Below, one piece after another: positions 1-10,223 of a DNA stretch of 64,000 nt. Numbering within the stretch: the stretch's first letter is position 1; every line of letters begins with the position of its first letter. Made by a program: the position numbers and the translations under genes. The notes under the pieces are model-generated. The model made no database searches and was not told the origin of the DNA. It saw only the letters and a list, made by a program, of their open reading frames with translations. The stretch covers positions 32,001-96,000 of the forward strand of contig DASXQR010000228.1 of the NCBI GenBank assembly GCA_036507075.1, in the 5' to 3' direction. Source of the DNA: Acidobacteriota bacterium (GTDB lineage: Bacteria > Acidobacteriota > UBA6911 > JACQSX01).

Positions 1-514
1 CGCCGGTTCCTTTCGGTAAGCTCTGGTAAAGATGGAACTCGCTTGCCTGAACATGGCCGGCGTCGAATCTTTCCCGGTGGATTTTAATATAGCCAATCAG
101 AGGGTCCAATCCTTTTCTCTCCTTTGACCGCGCCAGTGTGAGGTGAGGATGGAATGGGCGATCCTCGCGAATGTTCATCCACACAAGCGCTTCTTCGACA
201 GAAGCTTGCAGAGGATCGAGAACCTTCTGCGGTCCGATACCGGCCCAGAATACTCTGGGCTGTTTGAGATTGGGGAACGCACCCAGGCAGGAAACTCTGA
301 AAGTCGCGCGCGCGGCGCTGACGGCGGCCAGGCTTTCCCGCACTCTTCCCAGGATGTCCTCGGAAATGTGGCCAAGGAATTTCAGGGTAACGTGAATGCC
401 GGCCGGATTGGTGCAGCGAACCGGGGCATTCAATGCCTGCCATTCTTCCTGCAGCCCGCGAATCTTTTCGCGTACTGAAGAGTCAATGTCCACCGCCACA
501 AAGCATCGAATCAT
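1..514 (-). CDS. thpR: RNA 2',3'-cyclic phosphodiesterase (2H phosphoesterase, LigT/ThpR); 3' end runs off the window
   Basis: Not in the ORF track; manual translation from ATG 514 gives MIRCFVAVDID...GIHVTLKFLG...PFHPHLTLAR with both HxT motifs; lies directly downstream of cinA. Confidence 0.9.
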   Translation of the reverse strand, partial: MIRCFVAVDIDSSVREKIRGLQEEWQALNAPVRCTNPAGIHVTLKFLGHISEDILGRVRESLAAVSAARATFRVSCLGAFPNLKQPRVFWAGIGPQKVLDPLQASVEEALVWMNIREDRPFHPHLTLARSKERKGLDPLIGYIKIHRERFDAGHVQASEFHLYQSLPKGTG

Positions 515-582
515 CCGAATATCCTTTGTGTTCTTTGTGTCTTTGTGGTCGAAAAGCAGTCACCACAAAGGCACAAAGAACA

Positions 583-1830
583 CTAAGATCTGTTTCGCTG
601 CAGTTCTTTGCGCAGCAGGTTCAATGCGGTGCGCACACTCAAAAGCCGCACCAGTGAACGCTCACCCCCTAATTGATATCGATGCGCCGTCGTCTTTGTC
701 GCATCGCTCAATCCTATGAAAACCGTTCCCACCGGTTTTTCCTCGGTGCCGCCGTCGGGCCCCGCGATTCCGGTGATGGAGAGCGCGAAATCAGAACCGG
801 TGCGCCTTCGAATTCCCTGCGCCATGGCTTCAGCAGCCGCTCCGCTGACTGCCCCATGCTGTGCCAGGATTTCCGGCGAGACATCCAGCAACTGCTCCTT
901 GAGCGCGTTACTGTAGGCGAGTACTCCCCCCAGAAAATAAGCCGAACTCCCGGGCGTGCGGGTGATGGTTTCGCCCAGCATGCCGCCGGTGCAGGATTCG
1001 GCCACCGACAAGGTTACGCGGCGGGCCGCCAGCATGCGGCCAACCGCGTCTTCCAGATTGATTTCTTCGGTTGCGAAGACGTTATCGCCCAGCGCGGCCG
1101 CCACCTTTGCCGTAAGCTCTTGAAGTTCGTTTCCATCGTGATCGGCCAGAAAGTAAATCTCGATATCTCCAGGCGACGCCAGGATCGTGCAGCGTATTGT
1201 GGGGTAACGCCGATAGATGGGAGAGATCAACGAATCCGCTTGAGACTCCGGAAGTCCGGCAACCCGAAAGTACCGGCGCGCTCCGGGCCTCAGCCCGAGA
1301 TCCTGCAGCAGTGAAATCAGATGCCTTTCAACGATGGGACGCAATTCCCGGGGCGGACCGGGGAGGAGAAAAATATGACGTCCCTCAAACACCAGATACT
1401 GGCCGGGAGCGGTCCCGTAATTGTTTTCCAAAGCTCTGGCTGTCTCCAAAACGTAGCCCTGGCGGCGGTTGATTTCGGGCATTTTCCGCCCCAGGCGCTG
1501 GAAGCGAGCTTCGATCTCGTCCACTATTTTTGGATGATAGACCAATTCCAAGCCGAGCGCTTCCGATGCCGCTTCCCTTGTGAGGTCGTCTTCGGTCGGG
1601 CCAAGCCCGCCGGTTAGAAAAATGAAGTCCGAGCGCGTGAGCGCGATCGCCAGCGCCTTGCGGATGGTCGCGACGTCGTCGCCTACAATCGTTTTTGCAA
1701 CCAGTGGCACGCCGAAGCGATCGAGATGGGCGGCGATGAAAGATGAGTTTGTGTCGACACGCCCTGCAAAAAGCATTTCAGAGCCGATTGCAATCACTTC
1801 CGCTACCAGCGGCGCCGGCGGCCTGGCCAT
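583..1830 (-). CDS. cinA: CinA competence/damage-inducible protein (MoCF-like N-domain + NMN deamidase C-domain)
   Basis: IGSE..G...DTN, GGLGPTEDD, LPGPP, AESCTGG, SITGIAGP motifs; start placed at ATG 1830. Confidence 0.93.
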   Translation of the reverse strand: MARPPAPLVAEVIAIGSEMLFAGRVDTNSSFIAAHLDRFGVPLVAKTIVGDDVATIRKALAIALTRSDFIFLTGGLGPTEDDLTREAASEALGLELVYHPKIVDEIEARFQRLGRKMPEINRRQGYVLETARALENNYGTAPGQYLVFEGRHIFLLPGPPRELRPIVERHLISLLQDLGLRPGARRYFRVAGLPESQADSLISPIYRRYPTIRCTILASPGDIEIYFLADHDGNELQELTAKVAAALGDNVFATEEINLEDAVGRMLAARRVTLSVAESCTGGMLGETITRTPGSSAYFLGGVLAYSNALKEQLLDVSPEILAQHGAVSGAAAEAMAQGIRRRTGSDFALSITGIAGPDGGTEEKPVGTVFIGLSDATKTTAHRYQLGGERSLVRLLSVRTALNLLRKELQRNRS

Positions 1831-2193
1831 AACAGGTTTAGAATAGTGGAAATCGAGGCACAAAAGAACTGGCCGCTGATTTACACGAATTGATACGGAT
1901 AGAAATAGGCCGCCGATTTACACGAATTAACACGGAAGAATAGCGGGGCCGAGGGATGGGCCACGATGCTCAGCGTAACGGACACACAGTGGTAGCAGAG
2001 CCCATCCCTCGGCCCCGATATTAATCAGCGTAATTTGCGTAAATCGGCGGCCTATTTCTATCCGTATCAATTCGCGTAAATCAGCGGCTAGTTCTTCCCC
2101 TAAACTCTCACCATTGACACTGTTCAAAACGGACTATAAGCTTTGCAATCACAAGAACCAAAAACCGTAAGAAACCTTACCTGGAGAAGAAAT

Positions 2194-3096
2194 ATGCGCA
2201 AATCTGTCGTCAATCTTGCAGTGCTGGCCCTGATGTTTGGAATTGGCGCGTTGGCACTTCATTCGCAGGAAGCGGAGGTGGGCCCATTGACCATTTGGGT
2301 CGAAAAGCAGTACTCGTCATGGGACAATCCTCTGCAAAGCGAGTTCAGCATCAATGGCAAGATGGTGAACATTTATTCTGCCAGTACTTTCGAGACCGTC
2401 CAGGAGCACTTCAAGCCTGGCTGGAACACGGTTACCGTGAAGACCACCCCGCAGGAGCCCGCTTCAAAGAGCAACGGATTGATTTTCAGACTAGGACCGG
2501 CCACAAAGCAGGATCGCGGCGCCAAAATGACGATGGACCCGGTATTGTGGAAATTCGTCAACAATACAGACTGGAAATTTGCCAATAGCGCCTATTCCCA
2601 TCCCTTGGGTCCCAATGTCAAGGAAGTGACGCTTACCTACAACCTCTACTACGCCGGCATGGCCTATGAGAATCAGCAGCTGAAAGCTGGGGATTTCGTG
2701 CTTGCCGCCAAGCCTACGTACGCCAGTTGGAACAGCCCGGTGACGGCGACCCTCTACGTAAATGGGACGCCTCTGAACTCTTTCACGCTGGCAGAACGCC
2801 AACTCGTCATCACGCCGCTGCTGAAACAGGGAAAGAACGAAATCAAACTCATTTCCCACCGCGTCAAGAACAGCATCGCGGACAATGACGTGGAGTTTCG
2901 CATTCTGGGACCCGCGGAATGGAACGTTTCGCAAGGAAGGTTTGTGCTCACTCCCGTGATTCAGTTCAAAGCCAAACAGGGCTGGACACTCGATTCCAAG
3001 AGCGGCATGCTGATCAACCCGCTCAAGCCGGACTCAGAAACGATTGAACGCGTCATTCCATTCGTCCTGAAAGAAGCGCCCAAAGCGGGAAGCTAG
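2194..3096 (+). CDS. Secreted hypothetical protein with two tandem beta-sandwich-like repeats
   Basis: GGAG RBS, signal peptide MRKSVVNLAVLALMFGIGALAL; duplicated Y(S/A)SW..P...NG...K.G.N...FR(I)LGPA pattern. Confidence 0.75.
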   Translation: MRKSVVNLAVLALMFGIGALALHSQEAEVGPLTIWVEKQYSSWDNPLQSEFSINGKMVNIYSASTFETVQEHFKPGWNTVTVKTTPQEPASKSNGLIFRLGPATKQDRGAKMTMDPVLWKFVNNTDWKFANSAYSHPLGPNVKEVTLTYNLYYAGMAYENQQLKAGDFVLAAKPTYASWNSPVTATLYVNGTPLNSFTLAERQLVITPLLKQGKNEIKLISHRVKNSIADNDVEFRILGPAEWNVSQGRFVLTPVIQFKAKQGWTLDSKSGMLINPLKPDSETIERVIPFVLKEAPKAGS

Positions 3097-3298
3097 CATT
3101 TCTTGTGTCCTTTGTGTCTTTGTGGTCAAAAAGAAATGAACCACCAAGGCTTAGCGCGGCGAAGCCGCAACCAAAAGTCAAGGAGGTGTCCTGCCAAGCT
3201 GAGACGGCCCTCAGGCCGTCTCTCGGCTCCCGAATAATTTGCGCAGGCCGCGAAAATTCTCATGGTTAGTAGTACAGAGGCCACAAAGCCTCACTGCA

Positions 3299-3742
3299 CT
3301 AACCGATCCACAAGAGCAGAATTCGATAAGTGGCTGCCGCGTACGCAGCAGCGACCAAATCATCTGCCATCACGCCCCATCCTCCGGGAAGCCGCTCGGC
3401 GCGATTGGCGGGGAATATTTTGGCGATGTCGAAGAATCGAAACAGCAGAAAACTGGCAAGAATATGCCAGGGGCGTGCCGGCGCCAGAGCCGTGACCAGG
3501 AACTGGGCGGCGACTTCGTCAATAACCGCTTCAGACGGATCTTCCTTTTGAAGCCGCCGGCAAATCCAGTTGGACGAGATCACGCCGAGAGCCACCAGGA
3601 TAAATCCTTCCAATACGTAGGCCGCGATGAAACCGCCCGCGGAAAGTCTTTGAACCGGATAGGCGAGCGCCAATCCGAGAAGAGATCCCAATGTGCCGGG
3701 CGCAATCGGCGAAAGTCCCAGGCCCATGCCCGTAGCCAGCAA
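3299..3742 (-). CDS. pgpA: Phosphatidylglycerophosphatase A (start uncertain)
   Basis: G.G.SPIAPGTLGS, DPSEAVIDE, FRFFDI.K, GGWGVMADD motifs. Confidence 0.92.
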   Translation of the reverse strand: MLATGMGLGLSPIAPGTLGSLLGLALAYPVQRLSAGGFIAAYVLEGFILVALGVISSNWICRRLQKEDPSEAVIDEVAAQFLVTALAPARPWHILASFLLFRFFDIAKIFPANRAERLPGGWGVMADDLVAAAYAAATYRILLLWIG

Positions 3743-3752
3743 GAACCAGGCG

Positions 3753-3944
3753 TTACTTCTGGTCGTCCGGCTTTCTTTTCTGCTCGGGTTGATCGTTTCC
3801 TGGCTGATGCTCGCCGTCCTTTCCGGGCACTACATAATCACCAGACAACCATTTGTCCAGATCAACCAGTTTGCATCGCTCGCTGCAGAAGGGAAAGTAA
3901 GGATCTTCTCTTGAAACTTGTTTTCGGCAGTTCGGGCAGCGCAT
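3753..3944 (-). CDS. yacG: DNA gyrase inhibitor YacG (zinc finger)
   Basis: CPNC...[16 protein letters not shown] signature. Confidence 0.92.
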   Translation of the reverse strand: MRCPNCRKQVSREDPYFPFCSERCKLVDLDKWLSGDYVVPGKDGEHQPGNDQPEQKRKPDDQK

Positions 3945-4169
3945 AGCCGAGTTCACGGGTTACGGGTTGACGGGTTGACCGGTTACGGGTTCACGGGTTG
4001 CGGGTTTGCGGGTTACGGGTTTGCGAGTTGAACTCGCTTGGTGCCTTGGTGGTTGATCAGTTTTTTTACCACCAAGGCACCAAGCCAGTTCAACTCACCA
4101 ACCCGCAAACCCGTAACCCGTCAACCGGCAACTCGCCAACCCGCCAACACGTAACTCGCCAACCGCGAT

Positions 4170-5495
4170 CTAAAGAATTCTACCGACAAGATCATACGGA
4201 TGCGCTTCAGTGATTTCGACGCTAACGAAATCGCCGCGCCGCAACGTTCCCTCCGGGGCATCGTTGATCAGTACGGTTCCATCGATATCCGGCGCCTGCC
4301 CTTCCGTGCGACCCTGCCATAACATGTCGGTCTCAACGCTCGGACCGTCCAGCACGACCCGGACGGTCCGGCCGACCCAGCTCTGGTTCTTCTGCAACGA
4401 AATGCTGCGCTGCAGACGCATCAGCGTGTCCCGGCGCTCCCGCGCAGCGACACGGGGGACCTTTTCACCCAACCTGAAGGCGCTGCTGCTTTCTTCGTCG
4501 GAATACAAAAACACACCCAACCGGTCTAGCCGGGCTTCCCTTACAAACTGCTCCAGTTGTGCAAAGTCTTCATCAGTTTCGCCGGGAAATCCGACAATCA
4601 TGGTGCTGCGCAATGTTGCTTCGGGCATGTGACGACGAATTTTCTCTACAATTCGCATCAGGAATGCCGCGTCGCCGCCGCGCTTCATCAATTGCAGAAC
4701 CTTTCCACTGGCGTGCTGGAAGGGAATATCAAAGTATTTGCAGACCTTTCCCAGCCCTGCCACTGTCTCGAGCAATTCCTCGGTTGTACTGTGCGGATAG
4801 CAGTAAAGGAAGCGAATCCATTCAATCCCGTCCACCTGGTTCAGCTCCCGAAGCAATGCCGCCAGCGTGGTACGCGGCTCCAGGTCCCGCCCGTACATGG
4901 TTGTGTCCTGGCCGATCAGATTCAATTCTTTCACGCCCTGTGCGCCAAGCTGGAGCGCTTCGCGCATCACCGATTCGGACCCGCGGCTGCGAAACTTCCC
5001 TCGCAATTGCGGAATGATGCAGAAGCTGCAGGGATGATTGCAGCCTTCGGCCACCTTTATATAAGCGTAATGTTTCAGGGTAGCCCGAACACGGGGCGTC
5101 GTATCGTCATACAGGAACGACGCCTGGGGAACAAAAGGAGCGTAGGCAGGCTGACTGCAGGCGTCGACGATCTGTAAAATCTGGTTGGTGCCTATGACGG
5201 CATCCACTTCAGGAATCTCGCGACGGATCTCGTCCCGGAATTTCTCAACCAGGCAGCCCGCTACGATCAGCTTCTTGCATTTGCCTTCCTCTTTCCACCG
5301 GCCGGCTTCAAGAATGGCGTCGATTGATTCCTTCTGCGCGGCATCGATGAAGGCGCAGGTGTTGACAACCAGGACGTCGGCCTCCCATTCCTGATCAGTG
5401 ATTTCAAATCCGTTCTGTCCCAGCAGCCCCAGCATCACCTCGCTGTCGACGAGATTCTTCGGGCATCCCAGGCTGATGAATCCGACTTTAGGCAT
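4170..5495 (-). CDS. rimO: Ribosomal protein S12 methylthiotransferase (radical SAM)
   Basis: SLGCPKNLVDSE, NTCAFI, EGCNHPCSFCIIP, C-terminal TRAM with APDIDG. Confidence 0.96.
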   Translation of the reverse strand: MPKVGFISLGCPKNLVDSEVMLGLLGQNGFEITDQEWEADVLVVNTCAFIDAAQKESIDAILEAGRWKEEGKCKKLIVAGCLVEKFRDEIRREIPEVDAVIGTNQILQIVDACSQPAYAPFVPQASFLYDDTTPRVRATLKHYAYIKVAEGCNHPCSFCIIPQLRGKFRSRGSESVMREALQLGAQGVKELNLIGQDTTMYGRDLEPRTTLAALLRELNQVDGIEWIRFLYCYPHSTTEELLETVAGLGKVCKYFDIPFQHASGKVLQLMKRGGDAAFLMRIVEKIRRHMPEATLRSTMIVGFPGETDEDFAQLEQFVREARLDRLGVFLYSDEESSSAFRLGEKVPRVAARERRDTLMRLQRSISLQKNQSWVGRTVRVVLDGPSVETDMLWQGRTEGQAPDIDGTVLINDAPEGTLRRGDFVSVEITEAHPYDLVGRIL

Positions 5496-5733
5496 ATTCT
5501 AAATGCGAAATGCGGAATGCGAAATGCGGAATAATAACCTTCCAGCAGGTCCGTTGTCCATTGTCCGTTGTCCGTTGTGATCGTACTCGTTCACGTTGTC
5601 GTGCTCGTGAACGTCGTCGTTAATGTGAATGGGCTGACAATCAACCGCCATCAACTGACAACGGACAACTGACAACGGACAGCCCTTCATGCCACATTCC
5701 GCATTCCCCATTCCGCATTCCGAAATCCGCATA

Positions 5734-7827
5734 CTAGCCGCGGTCCATGCCTTCGACGGCGGCCACGAATTCCTGAAGGCCGCCATCCAGGCCTGACCGA
5801 AAGCGCAATCGGTAGTAAAGATCGACGATCCTTCGCGAGTGCCCCTGCAATTCGTTTCCGTCAATTCGCGAAACCAGCTCCCAGCCCGTTTCACCCTTGC
5901 GCTTCTTGAAGCCGCGCCTTTCCAACTTTTTCAGAAACTGCAGATAGCAGCGAGCTACCAGGGCGGTCTCCACGCGAGAGGCCCTTTCTCGAGGCAGCAA
6001 CGCCGCCACGGCAGCCATCAGGCTGAGACGAAATCGGATCAAAACCGCCAGCACCAGGATTCCAGCCGCGCCCACCGCCGTCGGCTTCCACGGTACCTGC
6101 CAATGGTCCCACCATTCCCGCGTGATCCAGTGCGTCCACTGCAGCTTCCAGCGGCCGATCCGCCGGTCCAGATTGCCGCTTACCGAGGCGACGTTTTCGC
6201 GAATCGTCCGGAAAAATGACAACTGCTTCCAGTAGTCGTACGTCAGGATTTCAGTGGTCCAAAACATATCGACCGCGTCAAACATGTGCCCCATGGCTGC
6301 CAGCCACCCCTGGCGATCGCTGTCCGGATCGGGGGGAGTGGGATCCAGCTCAACCCATCCGATCCCGGGAAAAAAAGCTTCCACCCAGCTATGCGCGTTT
6401 GATTCCCGGACAATGAAATTGTTTCCCCAATTGTTGAATTCACCTCTTCGGAAACCGTTCACGACGCGGGCGGGAATATTGATCGACCGCAACATGACTG
6501 TTTCTGCGCTGGCGAAAAATTCGCAGTGTCCCGATCGTGATTCGAAAAGAAAGTAAGCCAGCGGATCGGCGCCGCGCGGAATATTGATGTCCAGGGAATA
6601 GCGGTAGTGAGTCTTCAGATAGTCTTCCAGAGCCAGCGCTTTTCGACGGGCATCCGCAAAAGGTCCGGTGACGCTCAGAGTGAGATCACGGACTCTGGGA
6701 TCCAGCTCTGGAAGTGACAAGTAGCGGCGCATCACTGGAGGCGGAACTACTCCCTGCACCGGTAGAGCCAGCAACTGGCCGCGATTGACAAGTTTCGAGA
6801 ACACGGTGTACTTGCTTCCGCTGGGGCGCTTCTTGTAGAAATAATTTTCACCCTCGACCCTTAACTGCTGTACTTCATTTGAAACCGTAAGCAGCCGCGG
6901 CGCGTGAAACAGAACCCCGGGCGCCTGGGGCTCGACGACGAAAACCTGCTTGAGCACTTCGTCGGGGCGGTAACTTTCCCCGCTGAGCTGATAACCACCA
7001 CTGATATTCGGCATAACGGGATGCCCGTCCACATTCAGCCGGTTCCAGGAGGAGCCATCGAAGTTATTGAGACTCATGCCGCGCCACTTAAGGTCGTACG
7101 GTATCTGCTCAATCGGACGGTCGACCTTCACGCGCATCACCACGGTCTGGTTTAACTTGAGACGCCCGATATCTCCAAGGTGGACCTGGTCGCTGAAGCC
7201 CGAAATCGCTCCCCGGACGCTCGAATAACCGAGAAATGTCACGGGGAAGCGGGGCACAACGAAGAAAAACGGAACCGCCAGCACGCATACCAGCAATGCC
7301 AGGCCTGTTGTGTTGAGAAAGAAAACTCTCGGTCCCCAGAAATCCTCCCCCACGCAGCGATCTCCAAAAGCCCGCTTGGATGAATAGATCTCGTACAGAA
7401 TCAGGCATGCGACGCCGAACAGCACGAACAGGAAAACGTTGACCAAAAAGAGGATGTTGATTGTGAACGTGGTGGCGATCAGTAACTGTGCCAGCGAGAA
7501 CAAATAGAGAAACAGATAGTCCCGCGGACCTTTCTGGCTGAAAAGTTTGATAGCCGACACGAAAAACACCAGGTGAACCGTGGCCACGACGGCGCGCGAG
7601 ATATAGATCAGATCGATAAGGTAAAAAGCCAGATACAGAAAGATCAGGACATTCTGCAGGCGCGAAGGAAGGGCGCTTTTGCGTTCGTCCCACCACCAAC
7701 TGCTCACCAGGACCAGGCAGTACAAAACAACACCCGTCAGATCGACCGCCCCGGTGAAAGCGAGAGCCAGAAAACCGTTGGTGAACAGTCCGTATGAAGC
7801 AATTTTGAAGAGCCGTTGAAACCTCAT
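5734..7827 (-). CDS. Membrane transglutaminase-like protein (DUF3488 + TGc, TgpA-like)
   Basis: N-terminal TM helices; GHCEFFA, AHSWVE, DPTP catalytic triad motifs. Confidence 0.9.
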   Translation of the reverse strand: MRFQRLFKIASYGLFTNGFLALAFTGAVDLTGVVLYCLVLVSSWWWDERKSALPSRLQNVLIFLYLAFYLIDLIYISRAVVATVHLVFFVSAIKLFSQKGPRDYLFLYLFSLAQLLIATTFTINILFLVNVFLFVLFGVACLILYEIYSSKRAFGDRCVGEDFWGPRVFFLNTTGLALLVCVLAVPFFFVVPRFPVTFLGYSSVRGAISGFSDQVHLGDIGRLKLNQTVVMRVKVDRPIEQIPYDLKWRGMSLNNFDGSSWNRLNVDGHPVMPNISGGYQLSGESYRPDEVLKQVFVVEPQAPGVLFHAPRLLTVSNEVQQLRVEGENYFYKKRPSGSKYTVFSKLVNRGQLLALPVQGVVPPPVMRRYLSLPELDPRVRDLTLSVTGPFADARRKALALEDYLKTHYRYSLDINIPRGADPLAYFLFESRSGHCEFFASAETVMLRSINIPARVVNGFRRGEFNNWGNNFIVRESNAHSWVEAFFPGIGWVELDPTPPDPDSDRQGWLAAMGHMFDAVDMFWTTEILTYDYWKQLSFFRTIRENVASVSGNLDRRIGRWKLQWTHWITREWWDHWQVPWKPTAVGAAGILVLAVLIRFRLSLMAAVAALLPRERASRVETALVARCYLQFLKKLERRGFKKRKGETGWELVSRIDGNELQGHSRRIVDLYYRLRFRSGLDGGLQEFVAAVEGMDRG

Positions 7828-9182
7828 AATTGATTGAAAAACACCACGTGCGACGTCCGCCAGACGGCTCCCGGCACCGAACCCTGGACAGCCGGAGTAA
7901 TAACAATCTTGAATACTTCGTCCGGGCGCACGTAACCGATATATTTCGGGATCAAGTCCCAGAAGACAGCCTCGGGCGATGCCACTTCAAGACGCGCCAG
8001 CATTTCAAGGATCTCCACCAACTGTTCGCGCCGCGGGCGATCCAAGATGCTCGCCCCGCCGGCGGTCATCAGTTGCACCTGAGCTCCTTCATCGTGAAAA
8101 TGCGACGCGATGCTGGCCGCCAGCGTGATCGCCCGCTCAAACTTTTCGTGAAGCCTGGTGTTGTCAAGGCAGATGCAAACTCTTTTCTCTTCCACTCGTG
8201 AAAAGTCCCGCACCATCAACCGGCCGGTTTTGGCCGTGGACCGCCAGTGAACTTGTCTGATGCCGTCGGTACTCTGGTATTCCCGGATCTGGTATAGTCC
8301 CTCGCCCTGCCCCTTCCTGAATGATTCGAGATCTCCCTGCAGAAATGGAAGCAGGTGCGCAAAGTCATCGATCGGCACAATCTCGGGATAGACCAGGACT
8401 TCGCGCTCCGGATTGAGGACCTTTCCCCTCTGAAAGAATCCGAAGGGAAAGCGCGTCATCAGGTTCACATAGGAAATTCGATAAACACCGCGTGTGGGAA
8501 AGGTGAACTGGATGCCCTGGGATAGAGTCCGCTCTCCATCTAAAAACGGAAAATAAAGCCGCGTTAGATACTCACTTCCGTCCGATCCCTCCAGATGCGT
8601 TTCGGCGCGAAGCGAGAATGTCGGCACCCAGCGTTTCTCGTTGCGCAGTGTCCAGAGGAATTGGCTCGGACGGGAGGCATACACGTAATCGGGAAAGCGA
8701 TAGCCGATGGCCAGCCCGCTCAGCGTCAGTTTGGCGAGGATTCCCGAAATAAGATAAGAGACAAGAAGCGTGGAGACAATCAGGAACAGAAGATTGTTGC
8801 CGGTGTTTACAGCCGCCAGAGTTACAACTACGATCAGGAAAGTGACAAAAACTCCCTGGCCGGTGAAGCTGAACAGTTTTGCCGAACCCAGGAATTCCCA
8901 GCGAATGTTTTCCAGGAGTTTGGGGATCAGCATCAGGGATGACAGCATGGCCAGCACCAGCGCCAGCATCGCCAGCACCGTGGCTGCGAGCGGATTGCCG
9001 CTGCGGGCGGCGGCCGATGAGGCGAGAGCCGCCGTCAGCGCGACCGCCAGAACGATGGAGCCGGGAACAAAGCTTCGCCAGCTCCCGGTTCGATGAATAC
9101 GGGACTCGCGCTTCAGGGTCGCCGTCTTTCGAGCCGGCGGCGCCGGGCGTTCTTCTTCGTCAGAGCGTAGTCCGGATTTCAT
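7824..9182 (-). CDS. DUF58 family protein (MoxR partner)
   Basis: AAVNTGNNLL, TRFPFG, IREY..D...VHWR.TAK; 4-nt overlaps with both neighbours. Confidence 0.9.
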   Translation of the reverse strand: MKSGLRSDEEERPAPPARKTATLKRESRIHRTGSWRSFVPGSIVLAVALTAALASSAAARSGNPLAATVLAMLALVLAMLSSLMLIPKLLENIRWEFLGSAKLFSFTGQGVFVTFLIVVVTLAAVNTGNNLLFLIVSTLLVSYLISGILAKLTLSGLAIGYRFPDYVYASRPSQFLWTLRNEKRWVPTFSLRAETHLEGSDGSEYLTRLYFPFLDGERTLSQGIQFTFPTRGVYRISYVNLMTRFPFGFFQRGKVLNPEREVLVYPEIVPIDDFAHLLPFLQGDLESFRKGQGEGLYQIREYQSTDGIRQVHWRSTAKTGRLMVRDFSRVEEKRVCICLDNTRLHEKFERAITLAASIASHFHDEGAQVQLMTAGGASILDRPRREQLVEILEMLARLEVASPEAVFWDLIPKYIGYVRPDEVFKIVITPAVQGSVPGAVWRTSHVVFFNQL

Positions 9183-10111
9183 GCAGGCACTTCCACCTCT
9201 TCCAGAATCTGGCCGATGATGCCTTCCGCCTCTTCGCTCTTCTTTAACACCGTGGTGTAGCGAGCGCTGATGACCACGCGATGGGCCAGCACCGGAACGG
9301 CGAGTTTTTTGACGTCATCGGGAACCACATAGTCGCGTCCGTGCAGATATGCCTCTGCCTGTGCGGCGCGATACAACCCCACGCTGCCGCGCGGGCTGAT
9401 TCCAAGACTGAGATATTCGGTGTTGCGGGTACGATTCACGATTGCCATCAGGTAATCTTCCAGCACATCGTTGAATTTGACACGCGCAACCTCCTCCTGG
9501 ACCGCCAGCAATTCATTCCCCGACATGACGGCATTCAAGTCGCGATAACCGCCCGCCGTTTGATCTCGAAGGATCTGTTTTTCGCCGGCTGAATCGGGAT
9601 ATCCCATCCGGATGCGCATCAGGAAGCGGTCAAGCTGCGACTCGGGAAGTGGATATGTCCCGTGATGCTCGATAGGGTTTTGAGTGGCGATAACGATGAA
9701 TGGCTGCGGCAGCGTGTAGGTGTTGCCGTCCACAGTGATCTGCTTCTCGTTCATCGCCTCCAGCAGCGCGCTTTGGGTTTTCGGCGTGGTGCGATTGATT
9801 TCGTCCGCCAGAATCACATGAGCAAACAGCGGCCCGGGCCGAAACTCGAACTCATTCATCTTCGGATTAAATACCGAAACGCCGATCAGGTCGGACGGCA
9901 GCAAGTCGCTGGTGAACTGAATCTTGTGGAAAGTGCAGCCCAGGGACCGTGCCAGAACCTGCGCCAAAGTGGTCTTTCCGACACCCGGCACATCCTCAAT
10001 CAGAAGATGGCCTCCTGCCAGCACACAAGTGAGGGCCAAATCCAGAATATCCGACTTGCCGCGTATTACGGATTCAAGCGAGTGTCTGAGTTTTTCAATC
10101 GAGTTGTACAA
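9179..10111 (-). CDS. moxR: MoxR family AAA+ ATPase
   Basis: EDVPGVGKT, DEINRTTPKTQSALLEAM, ATQNPIE, LPESQLDRF. Confidence 0.94.
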   Translation of the reverse strand: MYNSIEKLRHSLESVIRGKSDILDLALTCVLAGGHLLIEDVPGVGKTTLAQVLARSLGCTFHKIQFTSDLLPSDLIGVSVFNPKMNEFEFRPGPLFAHVILADEINRTTPKTQSALLEAMNEKQITVDGNTYTLPQPFIVIATQNPIEHHGTYPLPESQLDRFLMRIRMGYPDSAGEKQILRDQTAGGYRDLNAVMSGNELLAVQEEVARVKFNDVLEDYLMAIVNRTRNTEYLSLGISPRGSVGLYRAAQAEAYLHGRDYVVPDDVKKLAVPVLAHRVVISARYTTVLKKSEEAEGIIGQILEEVEVPA

Positions 10112-10223
10112 ATCGCCTACCTCAAGAATGGCTATTTTACCCCAGTGACGGTGTGTTACGGGTTACGAGTTGCGGCAGAGTCGCGACCGTAAGCGTGGAT
10201 TGTCCAACAAAATGAACCGCCAA

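Noticed and set aside
143..478. Plus-strand ORF of 111 aa
   Set aside because: Antisense shadow of thpR
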